Source of the DNA: Escherichia coli
GTDB lineage: Bacteria; Pseudomonadota; Gammaproteobacteria; Enterobacterales; Enterobacteriaceae
Length of the DNA: 32,000 bases
Reading direction: 5' to 3' (one strand)
NCBI RefSeq assembly: GCF_045689345.1
Contig: NZ_CP137162.1
The translations under genes were made by a program, and so were the position numbers. Under the pieces are notes generated by a model, which searched no databases, had not been told where the DNA came from, and worked only from the letters and a program-made list of their open reading frames with translations. Shown piece by piece: positions 18,939-28,549 of this stretch (within the stretch, counting starts at the first letter, position 1; each line of letters begins with the position of its first letter).

Positions 18939-20180
18939 ATGAAATGGTTTAACACCCTAAGCCACAACCGTTGGCTGGAACAGGAAACCGACCGCATCTT
19001 TGATTTTGGTAAAAATTCCGTAGTGCCGACTGGTTTTGGCTGGTTAGGCAATAAAGGGCAAATCAAAGAAGAGATGGGCACCCATCTGTGGATCACCGCT
19101 CGTATGTTGCACGTTTATTCCGTTGCTGCGGCGATGGGTCGACCTGGCGCTTACTCGTTGGTTGATCACGGTATCAAAGCCATGAACGGCGCACTGCGTG
19201 ATAAAAAATATGGCGGCTGGTATGCCTGCGTGAATGACGAGGGCGTGGTGGATGCCTCCAAACAGGGCTATCAACACTTCTTTGCTCTGCTGGGTGCCGC
19301 CAGCGCCGTCACAACGGGTCACCCGGAAGCGCGCAAGCTGCTCGATTACACCATTGAAATTATCGAGAAATATTTCTGGAGCGAAGAAGAGCAGATGTGC
19401 CTGGAATCCTGGGACGAAGCCTTCAGCAAAACCGAAGAGTACCGCGGCGGCAATGCCAATATGCACGCGGTGGAAGCTTTCTTGATTGTTTATGACGTCA
19501 CTCACGACAAAAAATGGCTGGATCGCGCGATTCGCGTGGCTTCCGTGATTATCCACGACGTCGCCAGAAATAATCATTATCGCGTTAACGAACACTTCGA
19601 TACCCAGTGGAATCCGCTGCCGGATTACAACAAAGATAACCCGGCGCATCGCTTCCGCGCGTTCGGAGGTACACCAGGCCACTGGATCGAATGGGGCCGT
19701 TTAATGCTGCACATCCATGCTGCCCTGGAAGCCCGTTGCGAACAACCACCAGCATGGCTGCTAGAAGATGCCAAAGGTCTGTTTAACGCCACCGTGCGCG
19801 ATGCCTGGGCACCCGATGGCGCGGACGGGATTGTTTATACCGTTGACTGGGAAGGAAAACCGGTGGTCCGCGAACGTGTACGTTGGCCTATCGTCGAAGC
19901 AATGGGTACGGCCTACGCGCTCTACACCGTCACTGGCGATCGCCAGTATGAAACCTGGTATCAAACATGGTGGGAGTACTGCATTAAGTACCTGATGGAC
20001 TATGAAAATGGTTCCTGGTGGCAGGAGCTGGATGCGGACAATAAGGTCACCACCAAAGTCTGGGACGGCAAACAGGATATTTATCACCTGCTGCATTGCC
20101 TGGTGATCCCGCGTATCCCGTTAGCGCCCGGCATGGCTCCAGCGGTTGCAGCGGGTCTGCTGGATATTAATGCGAAATAA
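18939..20180 (+). CDS. yihS: YihS, sulfoquinovose isomerase (AGE/(alpha/alpha)6-barrel superfamily)
   Basis: The ATG at 18939 ([15 protein letters not shown]...) gives 413 aa and is preceded by AAAAGGA. The ORF-track start at 18924 would add 5 aa. Confidence 0.9.
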   Translation: MKWFNTLSHNRWLEQETDRIFDFGKNSVVPTGFGWLGNKGQIKEEMGTHLWITARMLHVYSVAAAMGRPGAYSLVDHGIKAMNGALRDKKYGGWYACVNDEGVVDASKQGYQHFFALLGAASAVTTGHPEARKLLDYTIEIIEKYFWSEEEQMCLESWDEAFSKTEEYRGGNANMHAVEAFLIVYDVTHDKKWLDRAIRVASVIIHDVARNNHYRVNEHFDTQWNPLPDYNKDNPAHRFRAFGGTPGHWIEWGRLMLHIHAALEARCEQPPAWLLEDAKGLFNATVRDAWAPDGADGIVYTVDWEGKPVVRERVRWPIVEAMGTAYALYTVTGDRQYETWYQTWWEYCIKYLMDYENGSWWQELDADNKVTTKVWDGKQDIYHLLHCLVIPRIPLAPGMAPAVAAGLLDINAK

Positions 20181-20207
20181 CTGATCTGAAAATAGGGTGC
20201 GGGTTTT

Positions 20208-20244
20208 CCCCTCACCCTAACCCTCTCCCCAAAGGGGTGAGGGG
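20208..20244. repeat. GC-rich palindromic intergenic repeat (boxC-like), possible yihS terminator
   Basis: CCCCTCACC (20208-20216) pairs with GGTGAGGGG (20236-20244) around CCTAACCCTCTCCCCAAAGG, and GCAGTTTTTGGGTTT follows. The CCCTCACCCTAACCCTCTCCCC motif resembles a dispersed enterobacterial GC-rich repeat that I believe is called boxC; the family name is from memory. Confidence 0.5.
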
Positions 20245-20293
20245 ACCGTCCGGTGCAGTTTTTGGGTTTGACATCAGCCTCACGGGAGGCTGT

Positions 20294-21220
20294 ATGTCGT
20301 TAATTAAGGTGCCTTGTATGCAAATCACCAATATGCATTGCAGTGGACAGACCGTTTCACTTGCCGCGGGGGATTATCACGCGACCATTGTGACCGTCGG
20401 TGCTGGTCTGGCTGAATTAACCTTTCAGGGTTGTCATTTAGTCATCCCGCACAAACCCGAAGAGATGCCGCTGGCGCATCTGGGTAAAGTGCTTATTCCG
20501 TGGCCGAACCGGATCGCCAACGGCTGTTACCGCTATCAGGGGCAGGAATATCATTTACCCATTAATGAACATAGTTCAAAAGCCGCTATTCACGGGCTGC
20601 TTGCCTGGCGAGACTGGCAAATTAGTGAATTAACCGCCACCAGCGTTACCCTGACAGCTTTTCTGCCGCCCAGTTACGGCTATCCGTTTATGCTGGCTTC
20701 ACAAGTTGTTTATTCGCTCAACGCACACACGGGTCTTTCCGTTGAGATCGCAAGCCAGAATATCGGCACTGTCGCAGCGCCTTATGGCGTGGGTATTCAT
20801 ACTTATTTAACCTGCAACTTAACATCTGTTGATGAATATCTGTTCCAGCTTCCGGCAAACCAGGTTTATGCCGTTGATGAACACGTAAATCCGACAACGC
20901 TTCACCACGTTGATGAGCTGGATTTAAATTTCACTCAGGCGAAAACAATAGCCGCGACAAAAATCGACCACACCTTTAAAACCGCTAATGATCTGTGGGA
21001 AATAACCATTACCCATCCACAACAGGCGCTTTCGGTTAGCCTTTGTTGCGATCAACCCTGGGTACAAATTTATAGCGGTGAAAAATTACAGCGTCAGGGA
21101 CTGGCAGTTGAACCTATGAGTTGCCCGCCTAACGCCTTTAATTCAGGTATCGACTTATTATTACTGGAACCAGGAAAACCGCACCGCCTGTTTTTTAACA
21201 TTTACGGACAGAGAAAATAA
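20294..21220 (+). CDS. yihR: YihR, aldose-1-epimerase family protein (sulfoquinovose mutarotase)
   Basis: The ATG at 20294 (SD GGGAGG at 20284-20289) gives 308 aa (MSLIKVPCMQ...). The ORF-track extension from 20237 runs through the GC-rich repeat and is rejected. Confidence 0.9.
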   Translation: MSLIKVPCMQITNMHCSGQTVSLAAGDYHATIVTVGAGLAELTFQGCHLVIPHKPEEMPLAHLGKVLIPWPNRIANGCYRYQGQEYHLPINEHSSKAAIHGLLAWRDWQISELTATSVTLTAFLPPSYGYPFMLASQVVYSLNAHTGLSVEIASQNIGTVAAPYGVGIHTYLTCNLTSVDEYLFQLPANQVYAVDEHVNPTTLHHVDELDLNFTQAKTIAATKIDHTFKTANDLWEITITHPQQALSVSLCCDQPWVQIYSGEKLQRQGLAVEPMSCPPNAFNSGIDLLLLEPGKPHRLFFNIYGQRK

Positions 21221-21418
21221 CTTGTATTGATTAGCAGTCAAAATCATTGAAGAACATTTCACTCGCTAAAGGCAACATTATGTATCTTCAATTTATTAAG
21301 TTAAAAACAGCTCAGCTTCTGTAAAGTTTTTATATATCAGTTTTATGAGAATCATTTTACATAAGCCTGTAATAACAGGAAGGCAACAATCTCGTTCTCA
21401 ACTCTATGGAGATTAGTT

Positions 21419-23455
21419 ATGGATACGCCACGTCCACAGTTATTAGATTTTCAATTTCATCAGAATAACGACAGTTTTACCCTACATTTTCAACAACGTC
21501 TTATTTTAACCCATAGCAAAGATAATCCTTGTTTATGGATTGGCTCAGGTATAGCGGATATCGATATGTTCCGCGGTAATTTCAGCATTAAAGATAAACT
21601 ACAGGAGAAAATTGCGCTTACCGACGCCATCGTCAGCCAGTCACCGGATGGTTGGTTAATTCATTTCAGCCGTGGTTCTGACATTAGCGCCACGCTGAAT
21701 ATCTCTGCCGACGATCAGGGCCGTTTATTGCTGGAACTACAAAACGACAACCTTAACCACAACCGTATCTGGCTGCGCCTTGCCGCTCAACCAGAGGACC
21801 ATATCTACGGCTGCGGCGAACAGTTTTCCTACTTCGATCTGCGTGGCAAACCGTTCCCGCTATGGACCAGTGAACAAGGCGTTGGTCGCAACAAACAAAC
21901 CTATGTCACCTGGCAGGCCGACTGCAAAGAAAATGCGGGCGGCGACTATTACTGGACTTTCTTCCCACAGCCTACGTTTGTCAGCACGCAGAAGTATTAC
22001 TGCCATGTTGATAACAGTTGCTATATGAACTTCGACTTTAGTGCCCCGGAATACCATGAACTGGCGCTGTGGGAAGACAAAGCAACGCTGCGTTTTGAAT
22101 GTGCTGACACATACATTTCCCTGCTGGAAAAATTAACCGCCCTGCTGGGACGCCAGCCAGAACTGCCCGACTGGATTTATGACGGAGTAACGCTCGGCAT
22201 TCAGGGCGGGACGGAAGTGTGCCAGAAGAAACTGGACACCATGCGTAACGCGGGCGTGAAGGTCAACGGCATCTGGGCGCAGGACTGGTCCGGTATTCGT
22301 ATGACCTCTTTTGGCAAACGCGTGATGTGGAACTGGAAGTGGAACAGCGAAAACTACCCGCAACTGGATTCACGCATTAAGCAGTGGAATCAGGAGGGCG
22401 TGCAGTTCCTGGCCTATATCAACCCGTATGTTGCCAGCGATAAAGATCTCTGCGAAGAAGCGGCACAACACGGCTATCTGGCAAAAGATGCCTCTGGCGG
22501 TGACTATCTGGTGGAGTTTGGCGAGTTTTACGGCGGCGTTGTCGATCTCACTAATCCAGAAGCCTACGCCTGGTTCAAGGAAGTGATCAAAAAGAACATG
22601 ATTGAACTCGGCTGCGGCGGCTGGATGGCTGACTTCGGCGAGTATCTGCCCACCGACACGTACCTGCATAACGGCGTCAGTGCCGAAATTATGCATAACG
22701 CCTGGCCTGCGCTGTGGGCGAAGTGTAACTACGAAGCCCTTGAAGAAACGGGCAAGCTCGGCGAGATCCTTTTCTTTATGCGCGCCGGTTCTACCGGTAG
22801 CCAGAAATACTCCACCATGATGTGGGCGGGCGACCAGAACGTCGACTGGAGTCTCGACGATGGCCTGGCGTCGGTTGTCCCGGCGGCGCTGTCGCTGGCA
22901 ATGACCGGACATGGCCTGCACCACAGCGACATTGGCGGTTACACCACCCTGTTTGAGATGAAGCGCAGCAAAGAGCTGCTGCTGCGCTGGTGCGATTTCA
23001 GCGCCTTCACGCCGATGATGCGCACCCACGAAGGTAACCGTCCTGGCGACAACTGGCAGTTTGACGGCGACGCAGAAACCATCGCCCATTTCGCCCGTAT
23101 GACCACCGTCTTCACCACCCTGAAACCTTACCTGAAAGAGGCCGTCGCGCTGAATGCGAAGTCCGGCCTGCCGGTTATGCGCCCGCTGTTCCTGCATTAC
23201 GAAGACGATGCGCACACTTACACCCTGAAATATCAGTACCTGTTAGGTCGCGACATTCTGGTCGCTCCGGTGCATGAAGAAGGCCGTAGCGACTGGACGC
23301 TCTATCTGCCGGAGGATAACTGGGTCCACGCCTGGACGGGTGAAGCGTTCCGGGGCGGGGAAGTTACCGTTAATGCGCCCATCGGCAAGCCGCCGGTCTT
23401 TTATCGCGCCGATAGCGAATGGGCGGCACTGTTCGCGTCGTTAAAAAGCATCTAA
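21419..23455 (+). CDS. yihQ: YihQ, sulfoquinovosidase (glycoside hydrolase family 31)
   Basis: 678 aa with GH31 catalytic-region motifs GGWMADFGE and MWAGDQNVDW. The SD GGAG lies upstream. Confidence 0.95.
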   Translation: MDTPRPQLLDFQFHQNNDSFTLHFQQRLILTHSKDNPCLWIGSGIADIDMFRGNFSIKDKLQEKIALTDAIVSQSPDGWLIHFSRGSDISATLNISADDQGRLLLELQNDNLNHNRIWLRLAAQPEDHIYGCGEQFSYFDLRGKPFPLWTSEQGVGRNKQTYVTWQADCKENAGGDYYWTFFPQPTFVSTQKYYCHVDNSCYMNFDFSAPEYHELALWEDKATLRFECADTYISLLEKLTALLGRQPELPDWIYDGVTLGIQGGTEVCQKKLDTMRNAGVKVNGIWAQDWSGIRMTSFGKRVMWNWKWNSENYPQLDSRIKQWNQEGVQFLAYINPYVASDKDLCEEAAQHGYLAKDASGGDYLVEFGEFYGGVVDLTNPEAYAWFKEVIKKNMIELGCGGWMADFGEYLPTDTYLHNGVSAEIMHNAWPALWAKCNYEALEETGKLGEILFFMRAGSTGSQKYSTMMWAGDQNVDWSLDDGLASVVPAALSLAMTGHGLHHSDIGGYTTLFEMKRSKELLLRWCDFSAFTPMMRTHEGNRPGDNWQFDGDAETIAHFARMTTVFTTLKPYLKEAVALNAKSGLPVMRPLFLHYEDDAHTYTLKYQYLLGRDILVAPVHEEGRSDWTLYLPEDNWVHAWTGEAFRGGEVTVNAPIGKPPVFYRADSEWAALFASLKSI

Positions 23456-23500
23456 TCACATCCGCCCGTGGGGAAACTCATGGGCAAAGGGAGAACATCG

Positions 23501-24886
23501 ATGAGTCACATCACAACGGAAGATCCAGCAACTTTACGCCTGCCCTTTAAAGAGAAACTCTCTTACGGTATTGGCGACCTGGCCTCTAACATCCTGCTGG
23601 ATATCGGTACGCTTTATCTTTTGAAGTTTTATACCGACGTTCTGGGGCTGCCAGGCACCTATGGCGGCATTATCTTTTTGATTTCAAAATTCTTTACTGC
23701 GTTTACCGATATGGGTACCGGCATTATGTTGGATTCCCGACGCAAGATCGGTCCAAAAGGTAAGTTCCGTCCTTTTATTCTGTATGCGTCATTCCCGGTC
23801 ACCTTACTGGCGATCGCCAACTTTGTCGGCACACCGTTTGATGTCACCGGTAAAACGGTGATGGCCACTATTCTGTTTATGCTTTACGGACTGTTTTTCA
23901 GCATGATGAACTGCTCCTACGGCGCAATGGTTCCCGCTATCACCAAAAACCCCAACGAACGCGCCTCACTGGCGGCATGGCGTCAGGGCGGCGCTACGCT
24001 GGGCCTGCTGCTGTGCACGGTGGGATTCGTGCCAGTTATGAATCTTATCGAAGGTAATCAGCAACTTGGCTATATCTTCGCCGCCACGCTGTTTTCACTG
24101 TTTGGCCTGCTGTTTATGTGGATCTGCTACTCGGGCGTGAAAGAGCGTTATGTCGAAACCCAGCCTGCTAATCCGGCGCAAAAGCCGGGCCTGCTGCAAT
24201 CTTTCCGCGCAATTGCGGGTAACCGCCCGCTGTTCATTCTGTGCATTGCCAACCTCTGCACTTTAGGGGCGTTTAACGTCAAGCTCGCCATCCAGGTCTA
24301 TTACACCCAGTACGTGCTTAACGATCCCATCCTGTTGTCGTATATGGGATTTTTCAGCATGGGCTGTATTTTCATCGGCGTATTCCTGATGCCTGCCTCA
24401 GTCAGACGTTTTGGCAAGAAGAAAGTTTATATCGGCGGCCTGCTGATTTGGGTGCTGGGCGATCTGCTCAACTATTTCTTCGGCGGCGGTTCGGTCAGCT
24501 TCGTGGCGTTCTCCTGCCTGGCGTTCTTTGGCTCAGCGTTTGTTAACAGCCTGAACTGGGCGCTGGTTTCCGACACCGTCGAGTACGGCGAGTGGCGCAC
24601 CGGCGTGCGTTCGGAAGGAACGGTCTACACCGGTTTTACCTTCTTTCGCAAAGTGTCTCAGGCGCTGGCTGGTTTCTTCCCCGGCTGGATGCTGACGCAA
24701 ATTGGCTATGTGCCGAACGTCGCACAGGCTGACCACACCATTGAAGGGTTACGCCAGTTGATCTTCATCTACCCAAGCGCACTGGCGGTAGTCACCATTG
24801 TGGCGATGGGTTGCTTCTACAGCCTGAACGAGAAGATGTATGTCCGCATTGTGGAAGAGATAGAAGCCCGTAAACGCACGGCGTAA
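23501..24886 (+). CDS. yihP: YihP, GPH-family (glycoside-pentoside-hexuronide:cation symporter) transporter
   Basis: The ATG at 23501 (SD AAAGGGAGA at 23487-23495) gives 461 aa, a 12-TM-type protein. It is strongly similar to the adjacent YihO. The stop is followed by three more in-frame TAA triplets (TAATAATAATAA). Confidence 0.9.
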   Translation: MSHITTEDPATLRLPFKEKLSYGIGDLASNILLDIGTLYLLKFYTDVLGLPGTYGGIIFLISKFFTAFTDMGTGIMLDSRRKIGPKGKFRPFILYASFPVTLLAIANFVGTPFDVTGKTVMATILFMLYGLFFSMMNCSYGAMVPAITKNPNERASLAAWRQGGATLGLLLCTVGFVPVMNLIEGNQQLGYIFAATLFSLFGLLFMWICYSGVKERYVETQPANPAQKPGLLQSFRAIAGNRPLFILCIANLCTLGAFNVKLAIQVYYTQYVLNDPILLSYMGFFSMGCIFIGVFLMPASVRRFGKKKVYIGGLLIWVLGDLLNYFFGGGSVSFVAFSCLAFFGSAFVNSLNWALVSDTVEYGEWRTGVRSEGTVYTGFTFFRKVSQALAGFFPGWMLTQIGYVPNVAQADHTIEGLRQLIFIYPSALAVVTIVAMGCFYSLNEKMYVRIVEEIEARKRTA

Positions 24887-24898
24887 TAATAATAAACG

Positions 24899-24914
24899 AC
24901 GCCCTGCGGGGCGT
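24899..24914 (+). other. Short intercistronic GC hairpin between yihP and yihO
   Basis: ACGCCC (24899-24904), loop TGCG, GGGCGT (24909-24914). It lies just upstream of the yihO SD AAGGAG (24918-24923). There is no U-tract, so it is more likely an mRNA processing or stability element than a terminator. Confidence 0.35.
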
Positions 24915-24928
24915 TATAAGGAGTGATT

Positions 24929-26332
24929 ATGTCTGACCATAATCCACTGACATTAAAACTGAATCTGCGGGAAAAAATCGCCTATGGTATGGGCGACGTC
25001 GGTTCGAATTTAATGCTCTGCATCGGTACTCTGTATCTCCTCAAATTTTATACCGATGAATTAGGGATGCCTGCTTACTATGGCGGGATTATCTTTCTGG
25101 TGGCGAAGTTTTTTACCGCGTTTACCGATATGCTCACCGGATTTTTACTCGACTCGCGGAAAAATATTGGGCCTAAAGGCAAATTTCGTCCCTTTATTTT
25201 ATATGCAGCGGTTCCGGCGGCGTTAATTGCAACGCTCCAGTTTATCGCCACCACCTTTTGTTTGCCGGTTAAAACGACGATTGCCACCGCGCTGTTTATG
25301 ATGTTTGGACTTTCATACAGTCTGATGAACTGCTCGTATGGTGCGATGATCCCGGCAATTACCAAAAACCCGAATGAGCGCGCGCAGCTCGCGGCTTACC
25401 GCCAGGGTGGTGCAACCATAGGGCTATTGATTTGTACCGTGGCGTTTATTCCGTTGCAGTCGCTTTTTTCTGACTCAACCGTCGGTTATGCCTGTGCGGC
25501 ACTTATGTTCTCCATTGGCGGCTTTATTTTTATGATGCTGTGCTACAGAGGCGTCAAAGAGCATTATGTGGACACAGCGCCAACCGGACATAAAGCCAGT
25601 ATTCTCAAATCTTTTTGCGCGATATTTCGTAATCCACCATTGCTGGTTTTATGCATTGCTAACCTGTGTACTCTGGCGGCATTTAATATCAAACTGGCGA
25701 TTCAGGTCTATTACACCCAGTATGTGCTGAATGATATTAATTTATTGTCGTGGATGGGATTCTTCAGTATGGGATGCATCCTCGTCGGCGTATTACTGGT
25801 GCCAGTAACTGTAAAATGTTTTGGTAAAAAACAGGTTTATTTAGCTGGCATGGTGCTATGGGCGGTGGGTGATATACTGAATTATTTCTGGGGAAGTAAC
25901 TCTTTCACTTTCGTCATGTTCTCTTGTGTCGCCTTTTTTGGCACGGCCTTTGTAAACAGCCTGAACTGGGCACTGGTACCAGATACCGTAGATTACGGTG
26001 AATGGAAAACCGGTATTCGTGCCGAAGGTTCTGTTTATACCGGTTATACCTTCTTTCGTAAAATTTCTGCCGCACTTGCTGGCTTCTTGCCAGGCATTAT
26101 GCTGACGCAAATTGGTTATGTTCCCAACATCGCGCAAAGCGATGCGACATTACAGGGTTTGCGTCAGCTCATTTTTATCTGGCCTTGTGCACTGGCAATT
26201 ATTGCTGCATTGACGATGGGATTCTTTTACACACTCAATGAAAAACGGTTTGCATTGATTATTGAGGAAATCAACCAACGCAAAAATAAAGAGATGGCGA
26301 CAGAAGAAAAAACGGCTTCCGTAACGTTATAA
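24929..26332 (+). CDS. yihO: YihO, GPH-family transporter (proposed sulfoquinovose importer)
   Basis: The ATG at 24929 (SD AAGGAG, 5-nt spacer) gives 467 aa (MSDHNPLTLKLNLREK...). It is a paralogue of YihP. Confidence 0.9.
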   Translation: MSDHNPLTLKLNLREKIAYGMGDVGSNLMLCIGTLYLLKFYTDELGMPAYYGGIIFLVAKFFTAFTDMLTGFLLDSRKNIGPKGKFRPFILYAAVPAALIATLQFIATTFCLPVKTTIATALFMMFGLSYSLMNCSYGAMIPAITKNPNERAQLAAYRQGGATIGLLICTVAFIPLQSLFSDSTVGYACAALMFSIGGFIFMMLCYRGVKEHYVDTAPTGHKASILKSFCAIFRNPPLLVLCIANLCTLAAFNIKLAIQVYYTQYVLNDINLLSWMGFFSMGCILVGVLLVPVTVKCFGKKQVYLAGMVLWAVGDILNYFWGSNSFTFVMFSCVAFFGTAFVNSLNWALVPDTVDYGEWKTGIRAEGSVYTGYTFFRKISAALAGFLPGIMLTQIGYVPNIAQSDATLQGLRQLIFIWPCALAIIAALTMGFFYTLNEKRFALIIEEINQRKNKEMATEEKTASVTL

Positions 26333-26399
26333 ATGTCAATAGCCGCTATTTCCATTCTGGTGGGTGGCGGCCTCCCTACGTTTAAAAAATGGACTTATT

Positions 26400-27092
26400 A
26401 TGAAAAAGATTAATGCAATAATTTTATTATCTTCTCTGACCTCTGCCTCGGTATTTGCTGGCGCATACGTCGAAAACAGGGAGGCATATAATCTTGCCTC
26501 CGATCAGGGCGAGGTTATGCTACGTGTGGGTTATAACTTCGATATGGGCGCGGGTATTATGTTAACCAATACCTACACCTTTCAGCGAGAAGATGAACTA
26601 AAACATGGCTATAATGAAATTGAAGGTTGGTATCCTTTATTCAAACCAACCGATAAATTAACCATCCAGCCCGGTGGCTTAATTAATGATAAGAGTATCG
26701 GTTCGGGTGGTGCAGTGTATCTGGACGTCAACTATAAATTTGTACCATGGTTTAATCTGACAGTACGAAATCGCTATAACCATAATAACTATAGTTCAAC
26801 AGATTTGAGCGGGGAACTGGATAATAATGACACCTATGAAATTGGCACCTACTGGAATTTTAAAATCACCGATAAATTTTCCTATACATTTGAGCCACAT
26901 TATTTCATACGCGTAAATGACTTTAATAGCAGCAATGGAAAAGATCATCACTGGGAAATCACTAATACCTTCCGTTATCGCATTAATGAACACTGGCTGC
27001 CTTATTTCGAATTACGTTGGTTAGATCGTAATGTCGAACCGTACCACCGCGAGCAAAACCAGATTCGTATCGGGACGAAGTATTTCTTCTGA
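26400..27092 (+). CDS. ompL: OmpL, small outer-membrane porin
   Basis: The ATG at 26400 gives 230 aa with a signal peptide (MKKINAIILLSSLTSASVFA|GAY). It has the alternating, aromatic-rich beta-barrel pattern and ends in the ...GTKYFF C-terminal Phe typical of OMPs. Confidence 0.9.
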   Translation: MKKINAIILLSSLTSASVFAGAYVENREAYNLASDQGEVMLRVGYNFDMGAGIMLTNTYTFQREDELKHGYNEIEGWYPLFKPTDKLTIQPGGLINDKSIGSGGAVYLDVNYKFVPWFNLTVRNRYNHNNYSSTDLSGELDNNDTYEIGTYWNFKITDKFSYTFEPHYFIRVNDFNSSNGKDHHWEITNTFRYRINEHWLPYFELRWLDRNVEPYHREQNQIRIGTKYFF

Positions 27093-27101
27093 TGTGAAAC
27101 T

Positions 27102-27178
<77 letters not shown>

Positions 27179-27182
27179 TTAA

Positions 27183-28448
27183 TCAAGCTTCAGCCGCCAG
27201 CATCTCTTTCTTACGTTGGCTAATTCGCTTAACCAGCATTACGGAAACCACCGCACCACAGAATGCGAAGCAGGCCATAATGCCAAACACGATTTTGTAG
27301 CCAATAATCCCCGGATTTAAATCCAGAATGTAGCCATACAGACTGAAGCAGAACATCGCCGGAGCGTAACCAATAAAGCTACCCAACGCCATCGCCGCGC
27401 CTGTTTTATTTTCAGCAATTTTTGCTTCGCCGATAGGTGCAAAAAATACGGCTCGCTGTGTAAAGACTATCGCGCCAAAGCCCAGCGTACATGCCATCCC
27501 TAAATAGACCGGCATACTTTCGTGCGGCAGCATAATCAACAGTACGAGCGCAGCGGTACTGATGATAAAGGTGTAGCATAGATATTTACTCGGCGATTTC
27601 AGGATCTTATCTGAAATCATGCCACCAATCGGTCCACCAATCATTTTCAGACAGTATTGGTTAATGATGCCGTAAGCCCCCACCAGCGCAACGGGCAATA
27701 GATAGATGTTTTTCAGGAATGGAATGAAGAATGTCAGGCCACAGTAAACCGCGTAAACGAAGAAGACGTTAAAAGCAATAAGCCAGATAGTTTTGTCTTT
27801 CAGCACCGAGGTCATACTGGTGTTTTTCGATGCTCCGTCTTCTTTTTTCACCTCGACGGACGGTGCCTCTTCTTTGTCATTCAGAACAAAGAAAATGATA
27901 ATGCCTACGGCAATCACAATAAGGGAATAGAACCAGATGCCTGCTTTAAAACCCAATAAGCCACTGCCAAACCAGGTAAATACTGCCAACGCAGAAAATG
28001 CCACCACGGTATCGACAATGCCACGCCCTGTTTCGAAGAAGCCAAACAACCGACCTTGTTGTTCGCTATTGCCCAATCGACTCACCGACTTGAGCAAGAC
28101 CGGCCAGTTCATCATGTCGCAAGTAACGCCAAATAGCGCCCAGACAAAGAGGATGCCCCAATACCCCGGCATTGTCGTCAAATAAACACCCAGTAATCCT
28201 GTCGCAATGAGTGAGAATGACATGGTGTATCTGCGCGGTAGTTTATCGGCAAAATAAATAGACAGAAAAAAACCCACTGTCGTGACAAATGAGTTTACCG
28301 ACATAGCATTACCAATTTGACCATTGGTCAAATGGAAATATTCCTGCATCGGGATATAAAACGCATCTTTCAGCGACGGTAATTTATAAATTGTACCGCC
28401 ACACAATGTTAATAGACTAAATAACGCCCATTTCTTTTTCGTGAGCAT
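27183..28448 (-). CDS. yihN: YihN, MFS transporter of unknown substrate
   Basis: 421 aa, which equals the YihN length. It shows about 12 hydrophobic helices with a central hydrophilic loop (KEEAPSVEVKKEDGASKN). Confidence 0.9.
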   Translation of the reverse strand: MLTKKKWALFSLLTLCGGTIYKLPSLKDAFYIPMQEYFHLTNGQIGNAMSVNSFVTTVGFFLSIYFADKLPRRYTMSFSLIATGLLGVYLTTMPGYWGILFVWALFGVTCDMMNWPVLLKSVSRLGNSEQQGRLFGFFETGRGIVDTVVAFSALAVFTWFGSGLLGFKAGIWFYSLIVIAVGIIIFFVLNDKEEAPSVEVKKEDGASKNTSMTSVLKDKTIWLIAFNVFFVYAVYCGLTFFIPFLKNIYLLPVALVGAYGIINQYCLKMIGGPIGGMISDKILKSPSKYLCYTFIISTAALVLLIMLPHESMPVYLGMACTLGFGAIVFTQRAVFFAPIGEAKIAENKTGAAMALGSFIGYAPAMFCFSLYGYILDLNPGIIGYKIVFGIMACFAFCGAVVSVMLVKRISQRKKEMLAAEA

Positions 28449-28549
28449 AACATCCCCTAAGCGATTTTTAAAATCACTGTTTTAAAGGCAATAAGATACC
28501 GACCATTCATATGGAATGGTTTTATTAACTGCGTATGAGTTAAAACTTA

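Noticed and set aside
20237-20293. N-terminal extensions offered by the ORF track: yihR from 20237, yihP from 23468, yihO from 24923, ompL from 26364, yihS from 18924, yihX to 15163, csqR to 16050 and yihV to 16962.
   Set aside because: In each case an internal ATG has a better-placed SD and gives the length I recall for the E. coli protein. The yihR extension runs through a GC-rich repeat, and the ompL extension would bury the signal peptide.
21280-21324. A 14-codon ORF (MYLQFIKLKTAQLL) in the A/T-rich spacer upstream of yihQ, a possible leader peptide.
   Set aside because: It has only a weak AAAGG upstream and no attenuator-like alternative hairpins nearby. Short ORFs are expected by chance in A/T-rich DNA.
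22370-23215. A 281-aa minus-strand ORF inside yihQ.
   Set aside because: It is an antisense shadow ORF with low-complexity Arg/Ala/Gly/Gln composition, no SD and no family resemblance.
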